DNA of 64,000 nt from Octopus sinensis. Its lineage: Eukaryota. The stretch spans positions 149,110,001-149,174,000 of the forward strand of contig NC_042997.1 of the NCBI RefSeq assembly GCF_006345805.1, written 5' to 3'. The position numbers were made by a program, and so were the translations under genes. Below are positions 27,349-40,698 of this stretch, in pieces. How positions within the stretch are numbered: the first letter of the stretch is position 1; every line of letters starts with the position of its first letter. A model generated the notes under the pieces. That model made no database searches. It was given only the letters and a program-made list of their open reading frames with translations, and had not been told where the DNA came from.

Positions 27349-27963
27349 CTATCCGTTTTCTTTAGGGGACCAAAACCGTAACAGAAATTTAGTCACATAT
27401 GGGCATGATCCGAAAAGCTCTGTCCTTGTATTTAGACATGTGGTAGGGTCTAAGCTGCTTTTCCAGATAAGCCATCTCTCCATGTCGCATAAACCGCACC
27501 TTCCGCTGCCGTTAGTATAGGGCTTACATCTGGCCAAAATCTTCCATTGTATGTTATAATCGACACCTTTATCTCTTAAAGACCAAATATGATTGGATAA
27601 TTGTGTCGCTTTTCTTTTGTTCCAGTGCCTAAAGCTCAAAGTGTGGTTATTGAACCTGGCCTTGAAATTACCCTCTGTCAGGCCCACGTATTTCTTCGTC
27701 GAAACGGTGTCTTTAGTGGTTATAGAGTTTACGGTAGCTTCATATATGATGGTCTTGGACATGCAAGCTCCATTTAGCGGGCACAATTCTTTATTCCTGC
27801 ATGAACAGCTGTTTTCTTCTTGTGTTTTTTGTATGTTATGATTGATTTTGTTTTTAAAATTGGTAGTTGAACTAAAACTAATTTTTAAATTGTGTCTATT
27901 GAAGAGTTTCCTATAAGCATGGTTAACTGGAAAATGTCTATCTATCAGTGCTAGGAAATATTT
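27349..27963 (-). pseudogene. Inverted copy of the PLE linker/GIY-YIG coding region
   Basis: ORF 27349-27786 matches the C-terminus of 28076-29236 except FGSCP vs FGACP. Confidence 0.9.
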
Positions 27964-27964
27964 C

Positions 27965-29236
27965 TATGAAATTAGTACCAATGATAAGGATATAATCTTC
28001 CATGCTAGAAAGACATTACTTTTCAGTGAGAATGCAAAGTGGGTAAAAAACACCGACACGGAGGGCGCTTTCGATGTGAGCATGGGTTCATATGATGGGG
28101 CAGGCATCTGTGATCTAATTGGACTCTTTCTCCTAGATACCTTCGGTAAGACATTCCCTAACGTACATTTCGCCATCTACAAAGATGATGCCCTCGCCTT
28201 AACAGCTAATACAAATGGACCAGCACAAGATCGTTTTAGGAAGGATATTATCCAGTTAATGAAACACTTCGGACTTAGTATAACTATAGACACTAACCTG
28301 ACGGTTGTCAATTTCTTAGACGTTTCCTTAGATCTTAATAATAATATTTATAAGCCTTATAGGAAGCCCAATGATAGACTAAGTTATATTAATGTAGGTT
28401 CATGCCATCCCCCTATAGTATTCAAAAATTTAGTTAAAAATATTAGTAAGAGGATTTCTAGCCTCTCATCTAATGAGGACATCTTCAAAAGCGTTGCCCC
28501 AGTTTATAATAAAGCTTTAAAAGATAGTGGTTTTAGCGAAAAAATAAAATATACACCTATCACCAGCCCAACAATAAGGAAAAGGAATAATAGAAATAGG
28601 AAGGTGGCCTTCAATATAGGTAAATATTTCCTAGCACTGATAGATAGACATTTTCCAGTTAACCATGCTTATAGGAAACTCTTCAATAGACACAATTTAA
28701 AAATTAGTTTTAGTTCAACTACCAATTTTAAAAACATAATCAATCATAACATACAAAAAACACAAGAAGAAAACAGCTGTTCATGCAGGAATAAAGAATT
28801 GTGCCCGCTAAATGGAGCTTGCATGTCCAAGACCATCATATATGAAGCTACCGTAAACTCTATAACCACTAAAGACACCGTTTCGACGAAGAAATACGTG
28901 GGCCTGACAGAGGGTAATTTCAAGGCCAGGTTCAATAACCACACTTTGAGCTTTAGGCACTGGAACAAAAGAAAAGCGACACAATTATCCAATCATATTT
29001 GGTCTTTAAGAGATAAAGGTGTCGATTATAACATACAATGGAAGATTTTGGCCAGATGTAAGCCCTATACTAACGGCAGCGGAAGGTGCGGTTTATGCGA
29101 CATGGAGAGATGGCTTATCTGGAAAAGCAGCTTAGACCCTACCACATGTCTAAATACAAGGACAGAGCTTTTCGGAGCATGCCCATATGTGACTAAATTT
29201 CTGTTACGTTTTTGGTCCCCTAAAGAAAACGGATAG
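27965..29236 (+). CDS. PLE reverse transcriptase (C-terminal half) + Cys-rich linker + GIY-YIG endonuclease, open but 5'-truncated
   Basis: In frame from 27965: FDVSMGSYDGA, YKDD, VNFLDVSL, YRKPN, HPP; linker CSCRNKELCPLNGAC; IIYEA...KYVGLT...FKARFNNH; RCGLCDME. Confidence 0.9.
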   Translation, partial: YEISTNDKDIIFHARKTLLFSENAKWVKNTDTEGAFDVSMGSYDGAGICDLIGLFLLDTFGKTFPNVHFAIYKDDALALTANTNGPAQDRFRKDIIQLMKHFGLSITIDTNLTVVNFLDVSLDLNNNIYKPYRKPNDRLSYINVGSCHPPIVFKNLVKNISKRISSLSSNEDIFKSVAPVYNKALKDSGFSEKIKYTPITSPTIRKRNNRNRKVAFNIGKYFLALIDRHFPVNHAYRKLFNRHNLKISFSSTTNFKNIINHNIQKTQEENSCSCRNKELCPLNGACMSKTIIYEATVNSITTKDTVSTKKYVGLTEGNFKARFNNHTLSFRHWNKRKATQLSNHIWSLRDKGVDYNIQWKILARCKPYTNGSGRCGLCDMERWLIWKSSLDPTTCLNTRTELFGACPYVTKFLLRFWSPKENG

Positions 29237-29431
29237 AACATGCTTTCTGTGTTATGTCCCAAGAAGATTTTATATATTTTTATATATTTTTATATATTTT
29301 TATGTATTTTTATATAATTTTTATGACGAAAAATGCGAGCGAAGTATAAGTTCGCAGGCAAAGCAGAGTTATAACAGAGTAATTTCCCTTCATTTTTAAC
29401 GGTATTTTTTCATAACGTTTTCAAATAGCCA

Positions 29432-29492
29432 GATAACCGAAGAGATGGTGTTGTGGATTTCCACTTCGGCATCTGAAACTCAGAGTTTTATC
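29432..29492 (+). ncRNA. Hammerhead-like motif in PLE pLTR (variant core); mirrored on the minus strand at ~27093-27153
   Basis: GATAA CCGAAGA GATG...CATCt GAAA CTCAGAG TT TTATC: stem I GATAA/TTATC, U4C core variant, extra U before GAAA, GUU triplet. Confidence 0.55.
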
Positions 29493-29644
29493 TTGACTAC
29501 CGAGTAATGTAACATATTGTATAGATAAATTTCCTCTATTTACATAATATTCAGTTCTCTTTCTTTCTTTTGTTATCTTACCGTTTTATCAATATATATT
29601 ATATATATATTATATACATAACATCTGTATATACATACACGCAC

Positions 29645-29682
<38 letters not shown>

Positions 29683-29698
29683 TATATATATATTATAT

Positions 29699-29729
<31 letters not shown>

Positions 29730-29764
29730 GTAAACCACTTTCAGGATATACTTAAAGCTTTGGG

Positions 29765-31030
29765 AACAGGTTCGAAATCTGTTGTCATATATCATAACTT
29801 CAATAAAGCGTTCGGCAGAGCTGACCATAATATCTTACACTCAAAATGTGAAAATGTTGGAATTCGTGGAAAACTTCTACAATGGATTGAGTATTTCATA
29901 ACGAGTAGAACACAAGATGTTGTGATATATGGAGTTCACTCAAGCCCAGCAAAACTCACCAGTGGCGTCTCTCAGGGATTGTCATGGATCTGTGCCTCTT
30001 TATAATCTATATGAACGACCTTTCCAGCGTCGTAAAACACACCAAAGTGGAAATATTTGCTGATGATATTAAGCGCCATAAAAATCATTAATGAAGAAGA
30101 GAGAACTCAACTCCAGTCTGATCTATATGCGGTGAGTCAATGGGCAGACAAAAAGCAAAATACAACTAAACAAGGTGAAAATTTGAGCTGATGTATTTTG
30201 GAAGAAAGACTATACTAATACACCCATACTCTCGTCATTCAGAGGAACCGCTCACAGCAGCTAATAATATCAGAGACCTAGGATTAATTGTTGATAACAG
30301 CCTCATTTGGAGTGTGCACATCAAAGATAAAGTCAATATAGTTCGTAGGATGAGTTCCTGGGTCTTAAGAACCTTCCGATCAGAAAACCTGGTTTCGTTA
30401 TTCCACTTTTCTCCTTCTTTGTACGGCCACAGCTCGAATACTGCTTCCCCCTGTGGTCTCCCTATACAAAACAAAACATCTCGAAAATTGAATCACCCCA
30501 GAAGGCATTCACTAAACGAATTAAGGGTGTGACTGATCTCCATTACTAGGATCACCTTAAAACCATGAAACTCTACTCTTTCCAGCACCGCCTCCAGCGT
30601 TACATCATTTGCACGATGTGGAAAACATACCACCAGCATTGCCCAAATGACCTGAAAATTAGCTTCAATGTTCATCCAAGCCTAGAACCACGTGCTATAC
30701 GTCCCCTGCCCAATTCAGGATCACAACATGCGGGTACACTGCGACACAATTTCTTATCCTCAACAGGCCAGCCCTGTTTAGCATTGTCCGAAAACTGATC
30801 AAAGAGGAAGAGAATCCTATCACTTTTTAAACGGAATCTGGACAAATTTCTACAAGGAATATCAGAAAAGGCATCTATACCTCGTAACAACTCACTCAAC
30901 AAAACCTCCCGGCTTGAATGGACCATGATTCAACAAAATTTGACTTTAAAAGGATTTAGATAATCCTATCAGGTGCTGTTATTAAGTTAGACATGGCCTG
31001 GACCAATATTTCGTCGAAACATATCACAAT
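29765..31030 (+). mobile_element. 5'-truncated, decayed CR1-like LINE (RT to 3'UTR)
   Basis: FNKAFGRADH, GIRGKLLQWIEYF, SGVSQG, FADD, IRDLGLIVD, LYSFQHRLQRY; 3' motif catggcc..gac-loop-gtc-gaaac. Confidence 0.85.
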
Positions 31031-31037
31031 TTATTTA

Positions 31038-31090
<53 letters not shown>

Positions 31091-34000
31091 CTGTGTGTGT
31101 GTGTACCTTATCTTTAAAGGCGAATGCACCTTTCTCAAGATTTGCATGCTACTCATATCCTAATGTCTGTAGATGTGTCAGCAAATCTGAAGCGTGAATT
31201 AAATACCTCTTTGCATTAGGATATTTGAATATGTTATGAAATACGTCATGCAACAGATAAAACTAATTGCCTTATACAGAAATATAGATTAACATGAATA
31301 ATGTATTCTCTTTTACTTTAATATGCATTTGGGTGACTGCTAACATGCTCAACGTTGTGAACAAATATGTTTCAATTAATCGAAATTCCCTTTGCAATGA
31401 TAAAAACAGAGGCTGAATGACTAAGAATGATCAGGCCCGAATAATGAAAGGGGATAATAATTCAGTAATTTTAATTAATTTAAATTTAAATTACGCTTAT
31501 GGTGAACACATGAAAATATTAGCTTGAAGAATATTATTAACGTAATCATCTGATCTTTGGCAAATAAGGTGACATTTTCGGATATGATTGTGTATTAATT
31601 GACCCCATTGTCAAAGCAGGGCCAGCACCAGAGCTTGCCAGATATATTACTAGATTATTGCTATAATGATGAGTCAGATGTGGATAATATATCAGAAAGA
31701 ATGCACTATATATATTAGCATACACAAGAAACTAGAGCCTTACTCGCCAAATAGAATTATCAAACAAATTGTGTAATTTGTAAAATGATATAGTAATACA
31801 TGTATTGATATATATTCCAATGTTAACTGCAACATTCTACCGAGGCGGCCCAAACTCTTGCATACTTATATTTAAAAATTCAATGGCATAACAAAAAATA
31901 CACAGCAATAAATATAAAAATAAATTACACGAAATATGTACAACAGACAAAATTCTACAGATCTAGGGGACTGTGCCCAGATTTACGAAGCAATTGTCAG
32001 CACGGTGAGAAAGAAATTACTTCAAGCGTAAAATATAGTCCGGGGAAAGCAATGAGAAATAAACCTCATTTTAGACCGATAACACTGGAGAAGATAATTT
32101 TATTAGCAGAAAAATATAATACAGTTAAGATACGGTTTAACTGTTAATCTATGGCGAAATGGCTGTAATGCCGAACTTCAGATTCTATGCAGTTTAAATA
32201 AGGGCCTTATTCAAAACTTCAACAATCTCTTCACAACGTGATACTTTCGAGTTTGATTACACTGCATAACATCTTATCAAAGCACTAACTATATTAGCGA
32301 CGTACAGACCCAAACTATAAGAGTAAAATTTGGAAGAGTGTAGTTTGTGTATCAGCCATTCTGAGGAATCAATTCTGTTCAAGGAGTTTCTTTATTGTAA
32401 GGCACATTGAATAAAAAAAATGTATAAGTTAATACTTAATTTACCGTAAGTATTGAAAAATTTCTCTCAATATGATCATGTTGAAAATGCGACAGGTAAC
32501 TCATTACAACAGAAAATGATATTCACGAGAACCAGGAAGTGATCGACAATTTAGAGCATTACCAATATTCTTGTATTTTATTTCCAGAAAGAAATATTTC
32601 TCGGTGCTCTAACTAAATTGAAATAAACTGTTCACATTCCCTAAAATTCTTGTGATAAAACTGAGTTAGCTATAATTTTGTCTTATACATTTAGGTTAGA
32701 ATACAACATATTTATCTCGGTGAAGCAACGAATAAATAAAACACACTTTATTCGTACGTGGTTAAGACATGTACGATTACATTTACAGCTGTATTCATTT
32801 TTACTGTATTAAGTTAAGAAATGTGAGAATCTAAATTTCATCAGAAAGGAATATATTTATATCAACATTTTGAGCATATAGATTCATCGTTATTTTAAAC
32901 ACGACATAGCTCTTCATATTTGAAATTCTCCGTCTCACTCTCTGCATGAAATATGGAAAATTATGAAAAAAATTTTACAATGTCGTATGTCAATGAAATT
33001 CTTCAACCATTTCCTGATTGTAAAGTAAAAAGTGGTTACATTGAACTAATTTCTCGAAAATTCTATACTTTTTGTTTGACCTCGAAGAACGTGCAAATGA
33101 AATGTATCAATTAAATAAATAAATGAATTTATTTGTCTCCCTATTGGCTACTTTTTCCGTGTAAATATATTCAATATGACTACTTATGATTCATTTCTAT
33201 GATTACCGAAAGTATATTATAGGTAGATATATGGCTGATTCAGTGTGGTAACCAATTAAATTTATATAAATGTGAAATTATTTGTCCCGTATTCTATGAA
33301 ATCGTTTTTTTTCTTTACCTCCTTTAAAATATACATATTTTTCTGTGAATGTCTTATACTAATGCAAATTTAGCTGATCATAACTGAATCTTTAATGTGT
33401 AATATAAACGCTATATACGAACACACATACATACACAAGTACGTGTATGCGCACACACACGTATAAAAAGAAAGAATGAAAGACAGAGAGGGAGAGAGAG
33501 AAAGAGAACCTATATGTTTGCGTATGTACGCGCATGTACATATATGCGTGTGTCGCTTCCTTCTCAAAATTGAACTGAAAAATTAATGAAGCTGATGATT
33601 GTCATATTTTGCAGGAAACTATCAAATATATTGGTATATTTAGTGAAAGACAAATTGCTCTAATTTCCCAAATGATCTTGTCATTTGTAATCCTAGTAAT
33701 ATCAGGAAAGGAATATTTATTATAAGGGCAACTGCTACATTGACCTTTACATATTCCGATCGGCTAATGATATTTGCTTTATGGCAGTTGGAGAACTTAA
33801 TTAAATTTCTATTCGCTTTTATAGAATCCAGATCTCTTTAATTTATATAGAGGATCATCGCTCTTTGTAACTGCTTAAACAAATTAATTATCTCCTTAAT
33901 TATGCATTTATGTGAGCTATATAATAGCATAATCCTATTTACCTACAACTCCTCCCACAATATTATGCTCTCTTTGTCGACACTCTCTTACATACCACCC

Positions 34001-34209
34001 GCTATCATTTTGTTCATATATATTAAATACGTTGTCATACAATATTTTATTAGTTTTTAAATCACATTTTTGAATATTTTTGTTCATTTTTCATCTTTTC
34101 TCTATTCTGCTCATCTGATTACAACTGGGCATAATGATATGTATATATGCATGTATATTTGTATGTATGCATGTATGTATGTATGTATGCATTCAATATG
34201 TGACCACGT

Positions 34210-34410
34210 GTATATCGTTGGCGAATTTTCCTCCGTCTTCCCTTCCTTGGATCTTTCCTTTTTTCTATGTTTCTGACGAAGAGCTCCGCTCGAAACATTA
34301 AATCCTCCTTCTTCCTTTCTTTTCCTGAGCGTCCAATAACACTATACTTGTTCCACATCCTCGCGTTGTTCTGTTTTCTCATTGTGTTTTCATGTTTGCA
34401 TTAACTTTAT
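34210..34410 (+). mobile_element. Solo PLE pLTR-like repeat with minimal hammerhead-like motif
   Basis: TTT CTGACGA aGAGC-tcc-GCTC GAAA ca TT AAA at 34270-34302, within a pyrimidine-rich repeat embedded in (TATG)n. Confidence 0.55.
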
Positions 34411-35419
34411 GCATTATGTATGTATGCATGTGTGTATGTATGTATGTATGTATGTATGTAGATAGGTAGGTAGGTATATATGCATGTATGTAAGCATGTA
34501 TGCATGTATGTGCGTATGTATGTATGTATATGTACCCGCGTGGTTATCTATGTATGTACGTATGTAGAAATTCTGATCGAATCTTGACATGCACCTGCTT
34601 ACAACAACAAAACCTTCATTTAATCAAGATAGCCTCAGCCTGAAGTGTAGGCTGCAGTATAGTTCGCTCTTGGATACTTACCACTTCTGAGGTACCGATC
34701 GCTCTGAAACATATGCAACCCGAACATTATCTACTCCATTCGTTAACGCTTGTATTTTGTTCGTATACCTAGCATCCCCTGCTGCCTACCTTGAAATATC
34801 AAATAATTTTGTCCAGTATATCGTACTCTGATACGGAAAAAGATCCGCTTCAATATACCACTGTTGTTCTTGAAAGTTGTTTTTTTATATATTTTCTACA
34901 AATTAATCGAAGTTCCTGTTTTTATGCGTTTGTGTACTGTGTGTTCACGTACGTTATGAAAATTATGCATGAGAAGCAATGCATGGGATTTTGCGGGTAA
35001 TTAAGATAGAGTATATATGACTTTTCACACAAATATTCAGTTCTGTCAAATACAAACGTTAGATATCTAATGAGACCATTACAAAGAAATTTGTCTTTGC
35101 CTGTATAATACTTATTCAAACTTTAATTATGATACTTGCGACTGTTTCCACCGATCAGCTAACTTTTATTTGTTGTATATTATGTACGAAAGAACTACTT
35201 TATATAATCATTTTAAACAATACTATTTGTATTAAATTTGGACTTTAAACATCAGTTGGTGATTGGATAGATGTGGTATTATGGGTCTATATATTCGAAA
35301 ACAGATTGTATTTTACCTGTGTTAATCCATTTTTAATGGATTCTCATATTAGAACTGAATTAAACTTTAATTGAATTAGTATCAACTTGAGTTTACTGAT
35401 ATTCTTCTTTTTTTGGGGG

Positions 35420-35652
35420 TTTCTTTATTACCCACAAGGGGCTAAACATAGACGGGAGAAACAAGGACAGACAAACAAATTAAGTCGATTATATCGACCC
35501 CAGTGCGTAACTGGCACTTAATTTATCGACCCCGAACGGATGAAAGGCAAAGTCGACATCGGCGGAATTTGAACTCAGAACGTAACGGCAGACTAAATAC
35601 GGCTACGCATTTCGCCCGGCATGTTAACCTTTCTGTCAGCTCGCCACCTTCT
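35420..35652 (-). mobile_element. tRNA-derived SINE with Nin-domain-like core
   Basis: Minus strand: A-box-like gagctgacagaaagg, B-box GAGTTCAAATTCC, core gcctttcatccgttcggggtcgataaattaagt, tail agccccttgtgggtaataaagaa. Confidence 0.85.
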
Positions 35653-38559
35653 TAATGATATAATTCTTTTATCTCTTTCACATAACACCAAATACATCCC
35701 AACATTTCATAAATGTCAGAGAAAGCTATCTTAATGACGGTATAATTATGACTAAAACATGTCATGGGCTATATACATAGTCAGGTCTAAAAAAATGTGA
35801 ATTTACGATAAAATTGAAAGCGTCAGATTGTTTCTCATTAGTTGGCAACGAATACATTAGATCTATCGTCGTTTGTTTCATCACCAAAAGCTTTTGAAAA
35901 TATAACGAGTTCTAATGTCTAACGTGTATTTATATAAAATCCCCCGATTCCAAAATCTTCCTTATCGATAAAAGACTTCTAGTAAACTTTTCTATCATGT
36001 ATCATTTCATTGCTACATTCTTGGTAGCTCATATACTGTAATGATTGTTGCACTGCATTAAAACCAATGATTACTATTGCCGGAGTGACACAGCAAATAC
36101 TTCCATTCCATGCATCGAATAAAATACAAACTTTGTACGAGTATCTACCCCAAGCGATATTTGCCTTAAATGGTTTCTTTTTTTTTTTCACATACGTGTT
36201 TGTAAGTCTCCCCAATTTCCAAAAAAATTAGTAATAGTTTAACTATCTAGACATAGAAAATGTAATCATCAGCTGCTGAGATAATGTATAGTTAGCATCA
36301 AAGCGTCAAATAATTGACTTAAATGCAAATTCCCTCTTATGGTGTGCTACATTTAAGTCGTTGTAACTAAGTCGTTGTAACTCTGAGCTCTTTCATGAAA
36401 TTCGGTTAGCATCATTAAAAATTGACAATTAAACTTGTTATAAATCAAGACGTAAACTGACCCAATATAATTACTGAATTCTCTTCCCCTGGCATGTCTC
36501 CTCTATTTACCTCTTTCCTGTAATCTAAAGATATGTCCTCGGAAAATATTCATCTAATTAAATTGAATATTGACGCTATTAACGAATAGCAGATAAATGA
36601 ATGTGTATATATAAAAATAAATTAATTGATTAATAGCAAGATTAAAGCAGAATTCATCTCAGTGCAGTTTCCAGTATGATCCAATACTTTCATACATTGA
36701 TATAGTATTATACATTTTATTTTAAATTATTTCACGATACAATGAGTCGTTAATTATCTATTATATTCCATATTACGCATTAAGTGTACATTTTGTATTT
36801 CTAGTGTTGATACCGTGGTTTTCAAGAGCAACACTAATCAATATGGTTTCTGTAAAACTTCTGCTCGGTTGTTGTTTAGACGTACGCAATTAGTTATTAA
36901 GTTGACCAAAGAGCCAGACAGTCCAGCTGTGACTATCCTTCATATTCAAACAAAATTAGATGAGCATTAATGAATAGGCTTTTTTTTCTTTTCCAAAGCT
37001 AGTAGGGTGCGATGATAGCAATATGCAGTTGGTATTTTTTATAGGTCAGATGTATCTTAATCAAATTGATATGGTTTCCCCAAAGAAATGATAAATCGAC
37101 TTGTCTTTCATTGGTGTATATAGGCTCTTTGTCTCTGTTGTTGTAATTATCTATTGTGATAAAAATAGAAAGATACATTATGGCCATATATTTACAGTTT
37201 CGTTTCTACATCAGCAGGATTAGAATTAAATCAAATGCCATGATATTCTGTTGAATTCTCGATCTCACTTCCATTTATGTATCTTCTCAATTATTGGCTA
37301 CATAATTTCAATATAACGACCTAGTTTTATTGCTTCACCGATGGTTTGTACGTAATTTTATTTGACACTGAATATCAGTCTGGATTGACCTAAAACCTTT
37401 ATATAGCTTAATGATATTGTATTATACGTCGGAATCACACTTGATGTAAAGATTACCGGTTCCTGGTAGCATGGTTCATATTTCTTTCTCAAAGAAACGG
37501 CAATGCACCATTTAACAATCAAACATCAAATCTATTAATGAAACTAATGGTATTGAATTATAGGATACTGATATTTAGAAGGCGGAATTTCCAATTGCCA
37601 TATCATTTTTTTCTTTTCAAAATTATTATAATTACAGCAAACATATCTCTTTTTACAGATTATGCTTTCATCTCTCACATGTAGTTGTCTAGAAGCCGAC
37701 GACTAAAATATCCTTTGATACTGAAATATATTCTGTACTAGTTTTATAGATAATTGTATCGCTTTTCAGGAATAAGTAAATTTATTCTTACAGAAACCCA
37801 TTGATGTGCTTTGACGTTTACATGAATGGCATTATATTTGCATTAAAAGTTTAAAATATTGATACTATATGTAGATTGGATAATCGTTAGTATACAAGTG
37901 TAACTGTACAAGTGCAGACGTGCTATAGATGAGATACAATATTTATATAAAGACACATATACAGCAGACAATGTAGTAAAACCATTATTATTTTTTTACC
38001 AAAAGCTGTCACAAGTGTAAACATCATAGGTATGAAACAGGCATTTTTTTCGTAATTACCTAATGGAATTTCCTTACATATATCAGCATTTTATGTTGAA
38101 AAATATGTTTCTATTTGCGTGGTTGTATAAGACATAATGCTTTGAGTGATTCCTATTGATACAGACGTGCGAAATGTAGCAAAATCGAAAGAAGGATTGT
38201 TAGCATACTATATTCTCTCTACACAAATCCATGAAACTGGCTTTGATTTATGATTGCATATATTTTCAGACGATAGTATTCGTAGCATAGTTCGATTTCT
38301 GTTAGAGACAATTTGTCGACCTTTTTAAACTAATTCATGGATGAAATATTATTGTATCTTTGTAAAAATATTGCTTTGCGCTAGTCTTTATTTCTTTACC
38401 TGCTATTCTGGCTATGTTGTTTCCTACTCGACATCACCCCAGCGAAGCCCATAGGTATCTTTTAGTAAGCATTAAGTGACTGAGACTGTGATATTAAAAC
38501 ATAAAAGGTGATTGTAATATACTTGCATATTTGAAATTGCGAATATATAAACTGAAATG

Positions 38560-39120
38560 AAAGATGACTCGAAGGAAATTCGATGAGGTGGTAATAAATG
38601 AACTAGTGGCAACGGAATACATAGCAAGTAATAAAGCTTCCAGATTTAATAAAACTGGTGTAACTTCCCTCAAGCAAAGCTTTGTTAAATTTTGGTGGGA
38701 TCGGGGATATCCTTTATAGGGAAAAATGAAACAGGAAGAATAATGCACTTCAATGAATTTTACAAAAAGATTTCCAACTGAATTTTCACGGATTAGCCGT
38801 CTCGGAAACGAAACTCCTGAAAACGCCTTCAATGGAAGCAACGGGGGCAAACGATAAAGGCTGTCGATGATAGAGCTTTCAAAGTATAGAAACAATCGAT
38901 CTTAACACTTGCTACAGTGCACTCTTAAGTCTGAAGTCTATGACGTATAGACAAAATATCTTTGGAAGAACACTTTACAGTGAAAGCAGTACACCAGCCA
39001 TTTGTTATGGAAAGAAAAGTACGGTACCTCAAGTAACAGCTGAGGTTTATAGTAAAAAGAAGCAAGGGATTCTTCATACAAAAAGGTCTAAAGCTTTCAA
39101 ATTCACAGACTCCTCAAAGC
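38560..39120 (+). mobile_element. Possible Tc1/mariner transposase relic
   Basis: Weak colinear remnants (VKFGG-like at ~38683, QNIFGRTLY...Y at ~38952); no TIRs seen. Confidence 0.22.
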
Positions 39121-40698
39121 TTTGATCATGTATACAAAGCACACACGACTTCGTCAATATTCTTTAAAATCGCGCCCACGCGCGCAACGTGCTCTCATAC
39201 ATATATTTACGTGTGAATGTGCATACAAGCGTGTGTTGCGTGCGTATGTCAACACAAACTACATATCAATTCAGAGAAACAAATATATAGTTATAAGCAG
39301 ACGTTTAAATAATGTACATATTTTCATATATACAAATATAATATTTACACATACACACAATTTTTCAGGTTCTTTTACGTTACATGTCGACTCTCATTTG
39401 TTCCACAATATATAGGTTCATGTAATATGATATCAAAAGAAAATATTTAGGTCCTACGTCGTTCGCCTCGAATTAATTATGGCAATTGCATCGCATGTTA
39501 CTCATTCTGTTCTTCACTAAAACTGTGAAAATACATGTGAAGACTTCCAGAAATTCCACCGAATCAAATTATTCGCTTCAGTTGTCTGAGTATTCGCAGA
39601 TGAAAAATGTGATGCTGTTAAGCTTGAAGTGGAGCACTCAAGTTAATGCTTTCTCGAAATTTGGCGTCTGTATTTCCGGTATTTTATTTTACATTATAGT
39701 TAAAGTGTTCAAAGTTAAATATGTTATAAGCAGAATGTTGTGGGAAAGTTGTATTTTCTAAAATTGTTCAGAGCTATTTTCCAAAACCAAATATAACGCG
39801 CACAACAAATCGTTATTTACAAGTACAAAAACTCGGTGTGATTGCCCAGGGTAAAGAATTGTGCTGCAGAATGCAGTTTTATAATATCATGTTACGCATC
39901 TTATATCTTTCTTTGAAAGTCTTATCTATTCATATACAGATACACTGATGTGAATCCAAATGAATTTACTACTGGTAAATAGGAATGAATGTGTTTTTGT
40001 AAATTAAAAATTCATTGGTATTTACTTACCACACAAGAGGGAATTTCAAATCATATATTATTACAAATTCATGCTCTTGTACTTGCATACATAGATTTAA
40101 GTGAATATTCAGGCCACTTTTCCCCAACAATTTTCAAATGTTTTCTTCCACACATATATAAGAACATGTTCTGGGTTTTTTTTATGACCATAGAGTGTAA
40201 TATAAAAGTAGAAAATTGCTAAATGTAAGGAGACAATTTCATAAGATAAAAAACCACAGTGTTCAGTTGTATATAAAAAACACCTAAGATGATTTTCTAG
40301 CATTGATAAAATGTTCACACATTAAAAGTACACCCCCCCCCCCACACACACATACACATAGCATCCCACACATACAAACACACATACACCTTGTGGGGTA
40401 GAAAGAGAGAGAGCACTTCCAATGCAGCACTCAACCTGAACTCTAGGCTATCAACAATGTGTCGGAATCTGTGAAACCTTCGCGTGACGTGGCACATCTT
40501 GAGTGCACCTTTGATGCATATCTGAAGAATTATCAGTGTTATGTGGAAAGCCGTATTACGCAAATTCTCACTTTGGAATTTTGCATGAATTAGCGTTGAA
40601 TTGCTAAAATAATTCAAACTTAGACTCCGATGCCTTTACATGAGATCGATTTCAGAGGATAAAGAATGGCTAGAGGAGAAAGGGAGTTGATGGTATAT

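Larger units (their letters stand above)
27062..29592 (+). mobile_element. 5'-truncated Penelope-like element (Neptune-type) with 902-bp inverted duplication of its 3' end, inserted in (TA)n
   Basis: 27062-27963 is the reverse complement of 28622-29523 with few mismatches; RT + GIY-YIG ORF; TA tracts on both flanks. Confidence 0.92.

Noticed and set aside
33600-33800. Splice-acceptor-like ttttgcag followed by possible exon
   Set aside because: No recognisable protein in any frame and no partner exons; cannot be supported without RNA data.
34625-34720. CTGAAGT...GAAACATATG hammerhead-like pair
   Set aside because: Core A9 and the UH site are missing, and there is no convincing stem I or II.
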